Shown here: positions 37,063 through 46,906 of the stretch, piece by piece
Numbering within the stretch: position 1 is the stretch's first letter
Layout: the number at the start of each line of letters is the position of its first letter
Source of the DNA: a virus
Length of the DNA stretch: 64,000 nucleotides
IMG/VR virus record: IMGVR_UViG_3300009285_005282
Span: 32,001 to 96,000 of that record
Direction: 5' to 3' (one strand)
Program-made: the position numbers and the translations under genes
Notes under the pieces: generated by a model
What the model was told of the DNA's origin: nothing
Seen by the model: the letters and a program-made list of their open reading frames with translations, nothing else
Database searches by the model: none

Positions 37063-38048
37063 TACCGATACCTTTCTGCCTCAGCGAGGCTTTGCCGAAT
37101 CTCTTCCGCGTTCAGATCGTCCGGCTGAACGCGCTCCTCATCAGGATACTGCACCACCCGGACAACTTTGGTCCGGGCGAGCCAGCCACCGATCTTTTCC
37201 GTTCCTAGACAGCCAGCTTGGTCACCGTCCAGCATCAGGTACAGCACGTCCGGCGCGAGGATGTGCAAGAGCTGGTGCTGCTCCCGACTCATGTACGAGC
37301 CGAGCAGCGCGACCGTCGCGGGCCACCCGTTCTGAACTAGCCAGATGCACGCCTTGTACCCCTCCACGACGATGAAGGGGGTGCGTTCCTCCGGGGGCAG
37401 CGTCCTTATCCGGTGGCCATTCCACAGGTGGCTGTGAGGCTCCGGTTGATACTTGGGGAAGAGTTTATCGAACTCCTCCCCGTAGTCTCCCGGAGACCCG
37501 TCCGTACCGCCGCGGTACACCCGGTACTTGGGGTGCTCCCCGGGGATGGTAGCCTTCCCGGCGTAACCGATCAGGTTCCCCATCGCATCACGCAACGGAA
37601 ACATGATGCGATCGGTGCGCAGGTCGTACCCCACACCGAGCTCCCGGAGCAGGTAGGGGTCGAACCCGGCGTTTACCAGGTCAATGGGCTTGCGGTAGTA
37701 GACGCCGGTCAGGCTTTCGGGAAGGATGTGCTGCCCTACAAGAGGGTTTCGTCGAGTGCGGCGCGCACGCAGTAGTTGTTCGTGCCGTTGCTGCCGCTCC
37801 TGCTGCTCTCGGACGAACGACTCTACGAACTGCCGTCTCTGCGGGGAGAGGCCCAACTTGTGAAGCAGCTGCCCCAACGTTCCGCCCTGGTGGCACCCGA
37901 AACAGTTCCACAACCCGGTTTCGACGTTGATCGAGAACGACGGGGTGGAGTCGTCGTGGTCTGGTAAGGGGCAACAGGCCCACAACTCAGGACCTTTACG
38001 GTAGGAGCGCTCCAGGTAGGGGTCTAGCAGCTGCTCAAGTTGGTTCAT
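37062..38048 (-). CDS. dnaG: DNA primase (CHC2 Zn finger plus TOPRIM)
   Basis: CPLPDHDDSTPSF...CFGC, RIMFP, KY, VVEGY, MLDGDQAG. Confidence 0.92.
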   Translation of the reverse strand: MNQLEQLLDPYLERSYRKGPELWACCPLPDHDDSTPSFSINVETGLWNCFGCHQGGTLGQLLHKLGLSPQRRQFVESFVREQQERQQRHEQLLRARRTRRNPLVGQHILPESLTGVYYRKPIDLVNAGFDPYLLRELGVGYDLRTDRIMFPLRDAMGNLIGYAGKATIPGEHPKYRVYRGGTDGSPGDYGEEFDKLFPKYQPEPHSHLWNGHRIRTLPPEERTPFIVVEGYKACIWLVQNGWPATVALLGSYMSREQHQLLHILAPDVLYLMLDGDQAGCLGTEKIGGWLARTKVVRVVQYPDEERVQPDDLNAEEIRQSLAEAERYR

Positions 38049-39540
38049 CCTCCGGCTCCTCTGGCACTAACGCACCGTAGTGCTGCTGAAGGTCCTCGTG
38101 GTCCGTTTTCTGTATCGGCTTCCTCCTTCCACCCCCACGCGCTTTGCGCTCCTCAAGTACCTCCCGCCCCGTCCGAATAGGGTTCAGCTGGGGGTCCTCT
38201 GGTACCACCTGTCCTGACTCGTCCAGTAGCCGCCCCTCCTCGTCCGTCCAGCCTTTCCAGTGCCAATGTTGGCAGAGCCGCACGCTGAGCAAAAACCCGG
38301 CAACCTGCAGCTCCCGCGCCCCGGCGATGTTTACCCGTAGGCGTGTGGACACGCCGTCACTATCACGTCCCTCCTTTTTGACACGCCACACCATATCCGC
38401 TTCCTGTCCCAAAGCGTCGGCGAACGAGATGTCCTCCAGGTGTTCGTCACCCTCTGGACCACCCTTTTTGGTTCTGGATCGTTGGGTCACCCCAATGACC
38501 GGTACGTGCAACTGCTGTGTAGTACCCTTCAGGTCCTGGGCAATGTTTGCCTGCACCGTCCACTTCAGGTCGTGCTTGCCGGTCCGGTCGTCCAGCATTC
38601 GGTACAGAGCATCTACGATGATAAGGTCCGGCTCGAACTCCTCGGCGACAGCCTGCAGGTGGGATACCCCACCCCCGCCCGGCACGTCGGCGCTCGAAAC
38701 GAACTTTAGCGCCCTGGACCGCCCGGTTGACGTGAGGCGGTTCTCCAGTTGGGGGATCAGCCGCAAGATGGTCTGGAAGTCCTCCCATTCCTTGGGGGTA
38801 CTGTGCCCTTCGCGGAAACGGGTGTAGTCGATGGTTGCTAGGGAGCACGCCACACGTTGCTCCAGCTGATTAGTGGGCATTTCACAGCTGTAGATCAGCA
38901 CCCTTGCCTGAGAATCCATGTAGGCGGAGCACGCCAGCTCCATCGCGAGCCAGGTCTTCATGCTCTTTGGACGGGCGAAGATGACCAGGAAGTCCTCGGT
39001 CTGGAGGCCCTGGGTTTTCTGATTGAGCTGGCGCCACGGGAACGGAAGGCCCTGTACCAGGTCGCGGTTGCGTCGCTGCTCCGCCTCGAAAATGATGTTC
39101 TCTACGTCGTCACTCAGTACTCGCACGCTTCCTTGGGGGGTGGCGTGCTGCCACTGTGCGACCCGTTGGCGCAGCAACTGAAACGCCCCGTCACCGTTGA
39201 ACTGGTCTACGAGGTCACACACCTCTAGGACGGCATCGTTGATCTGCCGGCAAAGTGCCCGCTCGCGTATGTCACGGCAGACCTCGGCCAAGGTGGCGTT
39301 CACCTGGATCGGTGGTAACGTTCCAGGATATCGCTCCTCCATCCACTCCAGGGAGGGGATGCACCCGTGGTGCTCCTGGTGCTTGTAGTAGCTCACGATC
39401 TCAATGAACTGCGCTCGGCGAATTGGTTGCACCAGGAGGTCCGGCGTTACCCCGTGTGTGAGCACGTGTCTCAGGTCTTTGGTTGTCAGAATGAGCCAAA
39501 TCAGGGCGTGCTCTCGATCTATACCTCCGGCGCCCGACAT
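38035..39540 (-). CDS. dnaB: Replicative DnaB-like (SF4) helicase
   Basis: ARPKSMKT, SCEMP, IIVDALY, VTQRSR, DALGQEAD. Confidence 0.9.
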   Translation of the reverse strand: MSGAGGIDREHALIWLILTTKDLRHVLTHGVTPDLLVQPIRRAQFIEIVSYYKHQEHHGCIPSLEWMEERYPGTLPPIQVNATLAEVCRDIRERALCRQINDAVLEVCDLVDQFNGDGAFQLLRQRVAQWQHATPQGSVRVLSDDVENIIFEAEQRRNRDLVQGLPFPWRQLNQKTQGLQTEDFLVIFARPKSMKTWLAMELACSAYMDSQARVLIYSCEMPTNQLEQRVACSLATIDYTRFREGHSTPKEWEDFQTILRLIPQLENRLTSTGRSRALKFVSSADVPGGGGVSHLQAVAEEFEPDLIIVDALYRMLDDRTGKHDLKWTVQANIAQDLKGTTQQLHVPVIGVTQRSRTKKGGPEGDEHLEDISFADALGQEADMVWRVKKEGRDSDGVSTRLRVNIAGARELQVAGFLLSVRLCQHWHWKGWTDEEGRLLDESGQVVPEDPQLNPIRTGREVLEERKARGGGRRKPIQKTDHEDLQQHYGALVPEEPEDEPT

Positions 39541-39543
39541 CGG

Positions 39544-39801
39544 TTACTCCAGCGACATCGAGACGAGGTGCGCCTTGTTGATTACGGTATCCTCCCCGTT
39601 ATGGGGGCGAAGCGTAATCGTGTACTTACTTACGCACAGCAGATCCCCCGTGTACACGCCGTCTGTCAGCACCACCCGAACGTCCTGTCCGATCCAGCGC
39701 TGATAGGCGGACTCCTGCTCCGCGAGCTTCTTCAGCGTTTTGGCGTGTTTTTGGCTGCGCTGCTCCAGCAGCGCTACCCGTTTGATGATCTCCTCGCTCA
39801 C
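39544..39801 (-). CDS. Hfq/Sm-like RNA-binding protein
   Basis: VRVVLTDGVYTGDLLCVSKYTITL...VINKAHLVSM aligns by eye with Hfq Sm1/Sm2 (YKHAIS-like). Confidence 0.6.
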   Translation of the reverse strand: MSEEIIKRVALLEQRSQKHAKTLKKLAEQESAYQRWIGQDVRVVLTDGVYTGDLLCVSKYTITLRPHNGEDTVINKAHLVSMSLE

Positions 39802-40085
39802 GGTTTGTTCCTTTCTTGGTTTGGGCAGTCCGCTGTTGGTCGCTCATGACACATGCAGTGCGGTTCCCCGGTTTCTGCCTGTAATCGGAGTGTTCGTGCA
39901 CAACAGCGGTAAGTTTCCGCCTTTCGGTCTCCTACGGACTGTCCCGGTGTGCTCAGGTCGATTCCGTGATCTCGATCCCAGGCGGCCATTTCCTCCGCCT
40001 CGTTCGCAAGGCGCTCCCAGTGTTCCGCGCCTTCGATCCAGTATTTCCTTTCCTCCATGGCACTTCCGCTCGTGTCGTTGCTCAT
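39798..40085 (-). CDS. Hypothetical protein, TGEPHCxCH family (paralog A)
   Basis: Shares AE.WE..A.EA and RL...TGEPHC.CH with 41823-42053. Confidence 0.65.
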   Translation of the reverse strand: MSNDTSGSAMEERKYWIEGAEHWERLANEAEEMAAWDRDHGIDLSTPGQSVGDRKAETYRCCARTLRLQAETGEPHCMCHERPTADCPNQERNKP

Positions 40086-40387
40086 ACCTGCTCCGTTTCC
40101 AGCACCAGCCCGTCAAGCTCTACCTGCGTCTCTAGTGGCACGTCCTGGAAGTAGAGGGGGCGTACCTCCGCGGTCAGCGCGGTCAGCAGCTGCTGCACGG
40201 CGTCTCGCACAGCTTGGCCCATGCGCAGAGAGTTCTCCGACGCTGTCGTTTGCGCCAACGTCACCTGACCATGACGCAGGTCCACCCACACTTTTATCGT
40301 GGGGGATAACGGTGGCGTAACGTCCCAGTACGCACTCGACACCTCCACTCGAACCAGCCGGAGGTTGTCAATCTTGCTAACCGTCAT
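40082..40387 (-). CDS. Hypothetical protein
   Basis: Coupled within the operon. Confidence 0.6.
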   Translation of the reverse strand: MTVSKIDNLRLVRVEVSSAYWDVTPPLSPTIKVWVDLRHGQVTLAQTTASENSLRMGQAVRDAVQQLLTALTAEVRPLYFQDVPLETQVELDGLVLETEQV

Positions 40388-40718
40388 TGTGCAACTCCTC
40401 CGCCATTTTGTTGACGAGGACGCGCATACGCTGGTCGTCAGCCTGCATGACTTGCTCCGCGAGACGGATGCACGCCGCGGAGGCGGCCAAGATGGTCTCC
40501 TCGTCCTGGTTGCAGCGGACGCTCACCGAGCAAAGCCCGTCCACCGCGAACTCGGAGTAGGGAAGGGCGTGGCGTACCCCCCGCGAACGGGTGACGTTAG
40601 CGTTGCCGTCCCCCAGGAGCACGTCGACCGTCACAACGGCTGTGCTCTGGGCAGCCGTAGGATTCTTTTCTCGTTGCTTTTGTGTTCGTTGGTGGGTCAC
40701 CGTGGCTTCGTTCTTCAT
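40377..40718 (-). CDS. Hypothetical protein
   Basis: GAGG RBS; coupled within the operon. Confidence 0.6.
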   Translation of the reverse strand: MKNEATVTHQRTQKQREKNPTAAQSTAVVTVDVLLGDGNANVTRSRGVRHALPYSEFAVDGLCSVSVRCNQDEETILAASAACIRLAEQVMQADDQRMRVLVNKMAEELHNDG

Positions 40719-40721
40719 GCC

Positions 40722-41144
40722 TCACCCCAGTTGGATAGCCGCGGGCTTGTTGAGCACGCGGGTCTGCTGCTTTACTTTTTCGACGACCGCCTTGGCCACC
40801 TCCTGCTCCAGCCGGCCGGTGTGCACTGCCTGGTCGAACTCGGCGGTCCTTACCTTGTACACGACCTCCACTAGCTCTTCCCGCATCGGGTCATCGAAGA
40901 GCAGGTCGTACAACCGCCTCCCGTTGAACTCCCGCACCTGGGCGGTCGTTACCTTCATGCCAGCTGCTGCAATGCCGGTTTCGGCCACCAGGCCGACCAG
41001 CCGTTCACGGGAGGCTTCACGTGCGGCTACCAGGTCGCGGTAGCTGCTCATCACATCCGCGTGCTCCTCCTCGAATTCACGCAGCGCCGTATGCCGCTCT
41101 TGATACTCTCGGGCGGCTACCTGTACTCGTTCGGTGGTGTTCAC
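40722..41144 (-). CDS. Hypothetical coiled-coil protein
   Basis: GAGGAGG RBS; N-terminal coiled coil. Confidence 0.65.
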   Translation of the reverse strand: MNTTERVQVAAREYQERHTALREFEEEHADVMSSYRDLVAAREASRERLVGLVAETGIAAAGMKVTTAQVREFNGRRLYDLLFDDPMREELVEVVYKVRTAEFDQAVHTGRLEQEVAKAVVEKVKQQTRVLNKPAAIQLG

Positions 41145-41154
41145 TCAAACCTCC

Positions 41155-41871
41155 TCAGCTACCATACAGAGTCTTCAGGATCCGCAGGTACTTGTCTGCG
41201 GCAACCAGGTCCTGCTTGAACAAGGTCCTGGCGTGCCGGTCCTCGAACAGGTGCTGCTTACGTACCTCCTCCGGCGGGTAGGAGAACCCTGACCGAAGCA
41301 GGAAGGCAGGGTGATAGGTCGGTAGAACGGGGTACGAGACGTACTTGTACCAGCCCTCGACCTTGGCGAAGTACAGGCCACCCCGAGCCTCCCCAATGGG
41401 CTCGTCCACACCGGTCAGCCCGCGTAGAGCGGAGCGTCCCAGGGCGAGGATGAGGTAGGGGTCGACCGCGTAGATGGTACTGGCCAGCCTGGGCCAGCAG
41501 GTGCGCATCTCCGCTATCGAGGGTTTGCGCGTCCCGAGCTTGGTGTCCTCGACAACTACCGGCCAGCAGGCGACTACGTTGTCGATAAAGACCTCGTCGC
41601 GGGACCACCCCAGCTGCTTCAGGTAGTTGGTGAGCTCCCCGCCGCTCGCACCCTGCTCGTCGAAAGGGTTGCCCGTTGCGTCCTCAGTAGGACCTGGGCC
41701 TTCGCCGACGATCATGACGCGGGCGCACGGGGCACCCTTCCCCAGCACGACCGAGCTGCGGGTTTGGTGGAGCCCACAGCGGGTGCACCCCTCCCATTCT
41801 TTTCGGATGTCGTCAAGGGTGTTCACGCCCACTCCCAGTACGGACAATGGTGGCGTACTTGGGCGTGGCAC
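41155..41871 (-). CDS. Uracil-DNA glycosylase, family 4 (Fe-S)
   Basis: CTRC, VGEGPG, NVVAC, TYHPAFLLR. Confidence 0.92.
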   Translation of the reverse strand: MPRPSTPPLSVLGVGVNTLDDIRKEWEGCTRCGLHQTRSSVVLGKGAPCARVMIVGEGPGPTEDATGNPFDEQGASGGELTNYLKQLGWSRDEVFIDNVVACWPVVVEDTKLGTRKPSIAEMRTCWPRLASTIYAVDPYLILALGRSALRGLTGVDEPIGEARGGLYFAKVEGWYKYVSYPVLPTYHPAFLLRSGFSYPPEEVRKQHLFEDRHARTLFKQDLVAADKYLRILKTLYGS

Positions 41872-42053
41872 TTACAGTGAGGCTCCCCCGTTGTGGCCTC
41901 CAGCCGGTACGCTCGCGCACGGGTCAGCATGGACTGTACGGTGAGCTGACCCTTCGGTTGTTCGTGGGCGGCTCCCCCGGCGCTCGCTTCGCGCGCGCGC
42001 TGCTCCCAGTATTCCGCCAACTCAAGACACTGTTCCGGGGGCTTCACGGTCAC
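41823..42053 (-). CDS. Hypothetical protein, TGEPHCxCH family (paralog B)
   Basis: GTGA coupling; motif shared with 39798-40085. Confidence 0.6.
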   Translation of the reverse strand: MTVKPPEQCLELAEYWEQRAREASAGGAAHEQPKGQLTVQSMLTRARAYRLEATTGEPHCKCHAQVRHHCPYWEWA

Positions 42054-42451
42054 CCCCGAGGCGTTGGGCGGACGTGCAGCCCCAACTCCTGGAGTGTGCT
42101 AACCCCGCCGCTGTGCACGGGTTGCACCAGTTGCTCACCGGATTGGACCTTGAGCGCCTCGATGGTCTTGTCGTACACCTCCTGGAACAGCCGTGCCGTT
42201 TCTTTCCCCTGGTCGTCGACGCTGTAGAAGTACTCGGGTGCCACCAACAGTCGACGGATGGGCTCTGCTACACACCAGTGCGTGGTGCCCAGCACTGGGA
42301 CACTCATCGGCTGTCCGGTGTTCGGATTTGGCAGATTTACCTGCGTGATCGGTAACGCGTTATACAGGCACAGGATGCCCTGGTCGTCTGTCTCACCATA
42401 CTCCCCCAGAAACGTGGTGCTGCCAGCTCGGACCACTGCCAACTTCGTCAT
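42050..42451 (-). CDS. Hypothetical protein (small beta-barrel-like)
   Basis: ATGA coupling; beta-rich N-terminus. Confidence 0.6.
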   Translation of the reverse strand: MTKLAVVRAGSTTFLGEYGETDDQGILCLYNALPITQVNLPNPNTGQPMSVPVLGTTHWCVAEPIRRLLVAPEYFYSVDDQGKETARLFQEVYDKTIEALKVQSGEQLVQPVHSGGVSTLQELGLHVRPTPRG

Positions 42452-43821
42452 GCTGTCATCCCTCTCTTTCTCAAATGTCTTCTAAGTTTCTCCCCCATAG
42501 CGCGCAGCGGGGGAATCCTATCGTGCAGAACGAGCACCACCTCTGGAGTTCTTTTCCCCTCGCAGAGGCGCTGCACCCGTCCCACAGCCTGTTGCAGGTT
42601 GTTATCGGAGCTGAACTCCGTAAGGATCATCAGACAATCCAGCTTCCGTTTGTTCAATGCCTCCTTGGCCATATCGACCGTTGCGAACACCAACCGATGC
42701 TGGTGTAGCTGCGCCAGGCGGTCGGTGTCCACCACCTGGGCGTCGAGCACGCCAGACCCAGGAAAGCGTTCGTGTAGCAGCCGTGCGTGTGGCTTGGAGA
42801 CGGTGATGGCCAACACTTCCCTGCCAGCCTGCACGCGCTGTTGGACAAGATCGGTCACGAAGTCGAGCTCCTCCGGCCGGGTGCCCACGTAGGCACAAAG
42901 TTTTCGGTGGTGCAACTCCGCCGAGATTGTTTCAATCTCGGCACGGACCGTTGGACTGTTCAAGTCGATGTAGGTGGGCGAGCGCACAACGGTTACGGTG
43001 GGCACCAGGTCCTGGGTGAGGTTGCAATGGAACACCGGACCGATGTGCCAGAGGTACACCAGCTCCAGTCCGTCCGGGCGGTTGAGCGTTGCGGTAGCAC
43101 CTAGCCGATCCCCCAGAAAGATATTGGCGGTTGCGGCGTAGCTCGGCGCCCCGAGGTGATGTAGCTCATCCCATACTACTATTCCGAAGTGGGCGGCCAT
43201 CTCCGGGGTAATACTGTCGACGTACATGCTCAGAGTGCGCAGCGAGGCAAAGGTGATGGGGCACTCGCGCCACCGCCAGGTGTCGGGCTTACCCTGTATC
43301 CACCCCAACGGTCCTCCGAGTTCCAGCTTAGGGGGTGCTTCGTCGTCGCCGGTGATCTCTCCCGCCCACTGAAGTAGAATGTTGGTCTTGTCGTTGATGA
43401 CCAACGCGGGAGCTCCCCGTTCGGCAATGGCGTGGAGGAGGATACAGGTCTTTCCCTTTCCGCAGCTCAGGTTCAGCACCCCCTGTTTGGCCTCACGTAG
43501 GTCGTCATAGGCGTCCCGTTGCTCGGTGCTGGTCGGGTCGAGCGCATCCAGTTCGATGAGGCTGTGCATGGGTGCCGCCTGATAACATTTGGGACGTAAG
43601 TCTACAACCTCGTAGGGTAGCTGGTCCAGCTTCAGGTGTCCACGAGGCACCGCAAAATGGTGTTCGGACTCCCGCCATAGAACGATTGACCGCTCCTCCG
43701 CGGCGGGGAACGTTAGGCTGTACCTGAGCACGTTGGGGTTCACCACGCTCTTTGGTAGCCACAACCAGCCGTCCAGGTAAGCACGATCAGGAAGGCGAAC
43801 GGGGATAGTGTACCGGGCCAT
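42448..43821 (-). CDS. Superfamily 2 helicase (UvsW/XPB-like)
   Basis: CGKGKT, DELHH, TAT, EALN, QAVGRVQR. Confidence 0.9.
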   Translation of the reverse strand: MARYTIPVRLPDRAYLDGWLWLPKSVVNPNVLRYSLTFPAAEERSIVLWRESEHHFAVPRGHLKLDQLPYEVVDLRPKCYQAAPMHSLIELDALDPTSTEQRDAYDDLREAKQGVLNLSCGKGKTCILLHAIAERGAPALVINDKTNILLQWAGEITGDDEAPPKLELGGPLGWIQGKPDTWRWRECPITFASLRTLSMYVDSITPEMAAHFGIVVWDELHHLGAPSYAATANIFLGDRLGATATLNRPDGLELVYLWHIGPVFHCNLTQDLVPTVTVVRSPTYIDLNSPTVRAEIETISAELHHRKLCAYVGTRPEELDFVTDLVQQRVQAGREVLAITVSKPHARLLHERFPGSGVLDAQVVDTDRLAQLHQHRLVFATVDMAKEALNKRKLDCLMILTEFSSDNNLQQAVGRVQRLCEGKRTPEVVLVLHDRIPPLRAMGEKLRRHLRKRGMTA

Positions 43822-44291
43822 TATCGTGCAAGCTCCTGTTCGAGGTCTGCAACTCGGCGCCGCCACTGGTGTACTCCGTCCTCCCAGAACTGCACCGCCT
43901 CTGTCGAAATTAGCCCGGTGGCGCGCAGATCCAGCACGGCGTAAGCCGCGTGGAGAGCACGCTGCATCAGGTTGTACTCCTCCTCTGACTTCTTACGGCG
44001 TTCGCGTGCCTGATCCGCAGCTTCAGCGGCCGTGCGCTCTGGGCAGTCCACAGTGTGTAGCTCTGCTTTAGCGCGTCGTATGGTGTAGCCGGTCCACGCG
44101 GTGCGTTTTCCACAACGTGTGCACACCAGGGTAACGCGTGGGGGTCTCGTCTTGTACACTTGGCGGCTGACCCAAAAGGCATCCTCACGTTGCCACCGGC
44201 TACCGCCCGGTGGTCGTGCGCCGTATGGCTCATTCTCCTTCGTCCTCTCCGTCTCTGTCCTCGTCTTCGTCTTCGTCTTCTCGTTTGACAT
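43821..44291 (-). CDS. Hypothetical protein with CxxC motif (start uncertain)
   Basis: CTRCGK...H...C, coiled coil; TAATG coupling to helicase. Confidence 0.55.
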   Translation of the reverse strand: MSNEKTKTKTRTETERTKENEPYGARPPGGSRWQREDAFWVSRQVYKTRPPRVTLVCTRCGKRTAWTGYTIRRAKAELHTVDCPERTAAEAADQARERRKKSEEEYNLMQRALHAAYAVLDLRATGLISTEAVQFWEDGVHQWRRRVADLEQELAR

Positions 44292-44694
44292 GCTGCTCCT
44301 TCTCCGGGGTGGGCATAATGTCGTGGTACGTCCAAAATTCTCCGAATTCATGCCCGCCTGCGGCCATCATGGACGCCGCCATGTTTCGCAGGATTCTCAC
44401 CACGGTACCCTCACCCTTTTGTGGGCTTGGTCGGCGCACGGGTGGTTGGACCCCTGGTTGTACCGTCGTACGGGGAGCCACTGCTGGTCCCTGGGCGACG
44501 GCATGCCCAGCGGTGGTTGCTAGGTTTCGCAGCTGGCGCAGCCGCATGGCACGCTGCTCTCGTCGCTCGTTCTCTACCACCTCCTCCTCGCAGACGCGGT
44601 TGTTAGGGCAGACCAGACACGCTCGGTCGGCAGGGTCGTAGTTACCCAACCCCCCGAGGTCACAGATGACGTCATATCGTCGAAAGTCGTTCAC
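44230..44694 (-). CDS. First gene of minus-strand operon, Cys-rich N-terminus and acidic tail
   Basis: AAGGAG RBS plus GTG; C...YDPADRACLVC....C; EDEDEDRDGEDEGE tail. Confidence 0.65.
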   Translation of the reverse strand: MNDFRRYDVICDLGGLGNYDPADRACLVCPNNRVCEEEVVENERREQRAMRLRQLRNLATTAGHAVAQGPAVAPRTTVQPGVQPPVRRPSPQKGEGTVVRILRNMAASMMAAGGHEFGEFWTYHDIMPTPEKEQHVKREDEDEDEDRDGEDEGE

Positions 44695-44743
44695 TGTACC
44701 GCTCCTTCGGTGTACCACGCGGAATGTGTTCACGCGGGGAAAC

Positions 44744-44770
44744 CTTATACCGTGCTCCTGGGGCTCTTTG
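44744..44770 (-). promoter_or_regulatory. Putative phage-sigma promoter CAAA-N15-GGTATAAG for the replication operon
   Basis: Same geometry as 49880-49906; ~50 nt upstream of the first gene. Confidence 0.6.
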
Positions 44771-44795
44771 CCCGGCGCTGAGTCGATGGTAAACT
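44768..44795 (+). promoter_or_regulatory. Putative sigma70-type promoter TTGCCC-N16-TAAACT with extended TG
   Basis: Upstream of the AGGAGG RBS and ATG 44815. Confidence 0.5.
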
Positions 44796-44814
44796 GACCG
44801 CAGGAGGCTTCTGC

Positions 44815-45981
44815 ATGACGTTGCCAGCCGGTCTGGTGCTCGACCCCTACGATGACAGGTTCGCGTCTCTTCGGCGTTTCTTCCACACGGTTCCCGCGCC
44901 GGACTTTATCAAGCGCGCTACGGTGCTCACCACGCAGCAGCTGTCTCAGCTGCCAGATCACGCCTTTGCCGGCGTGTTGATAGATGGGGAGCGCAGGTTG
45001 CGCAAGTACGCCAGTGTCGACCCAGCACACGCGGCGGTCAACGTACTTTACTTTATCGACGCGTCGCCACAGCTCCCGCCACCGGCACGGGTCAAGATTG
45101 CTGCCAATCTGATCCGGGTTTGCAGCCATTACGGTCTGCGCCCACCGCAGCAGCTCGGCAAGGTCGCCGAGTTGGCGCGTCGGCGGCTGGTAAAGACCGA
45201 CGGCAACCCCGTTCTCATGCCGGCGCGCGACCCTCGGAAGGCGTTGAACGAGCCACTGAGCAAGACCGCGGGTTCCCATGTCATCGAGGACCCCTACATC
45301 CGGTTGGACGAGCCTTTCCGTGCGGAGCACCGGATGGAGAAGATTGCTGCGGTGTTTGACGACGGGCGGTGGCCCCTTCGGGGGCACACCGAGGTTCTGC
45401 AGGCTGCGGAACGTTATCACGCTGAGCACTCGGGTATGCACCCCCGGGTACGCCACCAGATGTGCGTCAAGATCGCCGGTGCTGCCGACCAGCTCGGGGT
45501 AACCGTACCCCCATCGCTGCGTGAGTACCAGAGTGACTCCTATTCGGAGCCTATGTTGAAGCTGGGCGCGGAGATCCGACAGCAGGTGTGGGCACAAGCT
45601 GACGCGTCGGGACGCGGTCCTGACCTGCTGAAGTTGCTCATGCAGAAGCGCGCCAACGGTCTCTCACCGCACCGCTTCGCCGAGGACCTGGCGTTGATCG
45701 ACACCGCAACGGGTGTTGACCATCTGTGGGGGCGGGCCATCACGGACCCCTGGCTCACCACGTTCGGCGGGCAGGTCAAGCACGCCGAGTGGCAATGGGC
45801 CGAGAACGGGTCAACCCTGACCGAGACGGAGCTGCGGCAGCTTCTGGAGCAAGGTCAGGAGCGCCTGCGTGCAGTGTTTGGTGCAGAGCTGGCCAACGGG
45901 CTGCAGGAGAACCCCACGGTGGTCTTCGACTCCCTGCCCACGGACACCAAGCTCGCGCTGGCGCGGTTGGCCCATGCCTGA
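44815..45981 (+). CDS. Putative head/core protein with multiple K-x-A sites
   Basis: IKRA, GKVA, SKTA, MEKIA, QKRA, VKHA at apparent domain boundaries; upstream of portal. Confidence 0.7.
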   Translation: MTLPAGLVLDPYDDRFASLRRFFHTVPAPDFIKRATVLTTQQLSQLPDHAFAGVLIDGERRLRKYASVDPAHAAVNVLYFIDASPQLPPPARVKIAANLIRVCSHYGLRPPQQLGKVAELARRRLVKTDGNPVLMPARDPRKALNEPLSKTAGSHVIEDPYIRLDEPFRAEHRMEKIAAVFDDGRWPLRGHTEVLQAAERYHAEHSGMHPRVRHQMCVKIAGAADQLGVTVPPSLREYQSDSYSEPMLKLGAEIRQQVWAQADASGRGPDLLKLLMQKRANGLSPHRFAEDLALIDTATGVDHLWGRAITDPWLTTFGGQVKHAEWQWAENGSTLTETELRQLLEQGQERLRAVFGAELANGLQENPTVVFDSLPTDTKLALARLAHA

Positions 45982-46906
45982 CACCTCGGCGGAACAGCGC
46001 TTTTTCAGACAGCTCGGGGGTACCGCGGAGCCCCAGCTCTCCGACAGTGCCTTGCAGGAGCTGGCTGAGGCAGAGGCCGAGAACGACGACGTTCAGCCTG
46101 TGGTGGAGTCCCGAGTGGACCCGGAGCCGAAGCCGGACAGCGCCCCGGAGGACACCACGCCCTTCGTCCCCCAACGGATGCTGTCAAGCCATGACACCCA
46201 CCCCCTCGTTCTGGACGCCTTGTTACTACGAGTTTTCGGACCGGATTGGCTAGGCTGGGAGCCCGAGGCGTTGGCGCAAGAGCTTCGGAGGGTTACCCGG
46301 CAGGAGCTCAGCGGAATCAACTGGCAGCAGATCCAGGCGGTCAAGACTTGCCACCTGGTGGACTCCCCCTGGCGTACTTGGGAGGTGTTCGCGGTGGTGT
46401 GTCAGGCGCTGAACAACTGCATCCCCAACTTTCGTACGTTACAGGTCCCGACGGTGGCCCAGGTGTTGTGCGCGCTGGACATCATGGGGAGGATTGACAA
46501 CCATCTGCTGTCCGACGAGGTGGAGCAGTTCATCGCCGCTACGTTTGTGGAGGAGGGAGTCCACTACCTTCCACCCCCCGCTGACGTCGCGCAGGAGTGG
46601 CTCTCCAGGCCGGTGTACCGGTGCACGGTTTGCGGTCGGGTGGACCGCGACGACTCCAACGACATGTGCGACAGCTGCGGCGCCCCGCAGGACAAGTTGC
46701 AACGGGAGCTCACCCGAGACCCGGAGCCGATCCGAATTCGTTATGAGGAGTGCTTACAAGACCGGGCGGGGCACTCCGAGCTGCAAGAGACCCCCGTGGA
46801 TATCCAGGCGGCGCGGCTCCTGGTAGCGCACGACTACGTGGTGTTCCGGCGAGCGCAGCTGCAACAGCAAGTAAAGGAGCTGAACCGTGTCCAACTATTC
46901 GATTGA
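45974..46906 (+). CDS. Hypothetical head-region protein with Zn ribbon
   Basis: Overlaps upstream stop; CTVC...CDSC. Confidence 0.7.
   Translation: MPDTSAEQRFFRQLGGTAEPQLSDSALQELAEAEAENDDVQPVVESRVDPEPKPDSAPEDTTPFVPQRMLSSHDTHPLVLDALLLRVFGPDWLGWEPEALAQELRRVTRQELSGINWQQIQAVKTCHLVDSPWRTWEVFAVVCQALNNCIPNFRTLQVPTVAQVLCALDIMGRIDNHLLSDEVEQFIAATFVEEGVHYLPPPADVAQEWLSRPVYRCTVCGRVDRDDSNDMCDSCGAPQDKLQRELTRDPEPIRIRYEECLQDRAGHSELQETPVDIQAARLLVAHDYVVFRRAQLQQQVKELNRVQLFD

Noticed and set aside
44695-45597. N-terminal ~300 aa of the 455-aa minus-strand ORF 44230-45597
   Set aside because: Antisense shadow of the 44815-45981 gene; a promoter and RBS support a start at 44694
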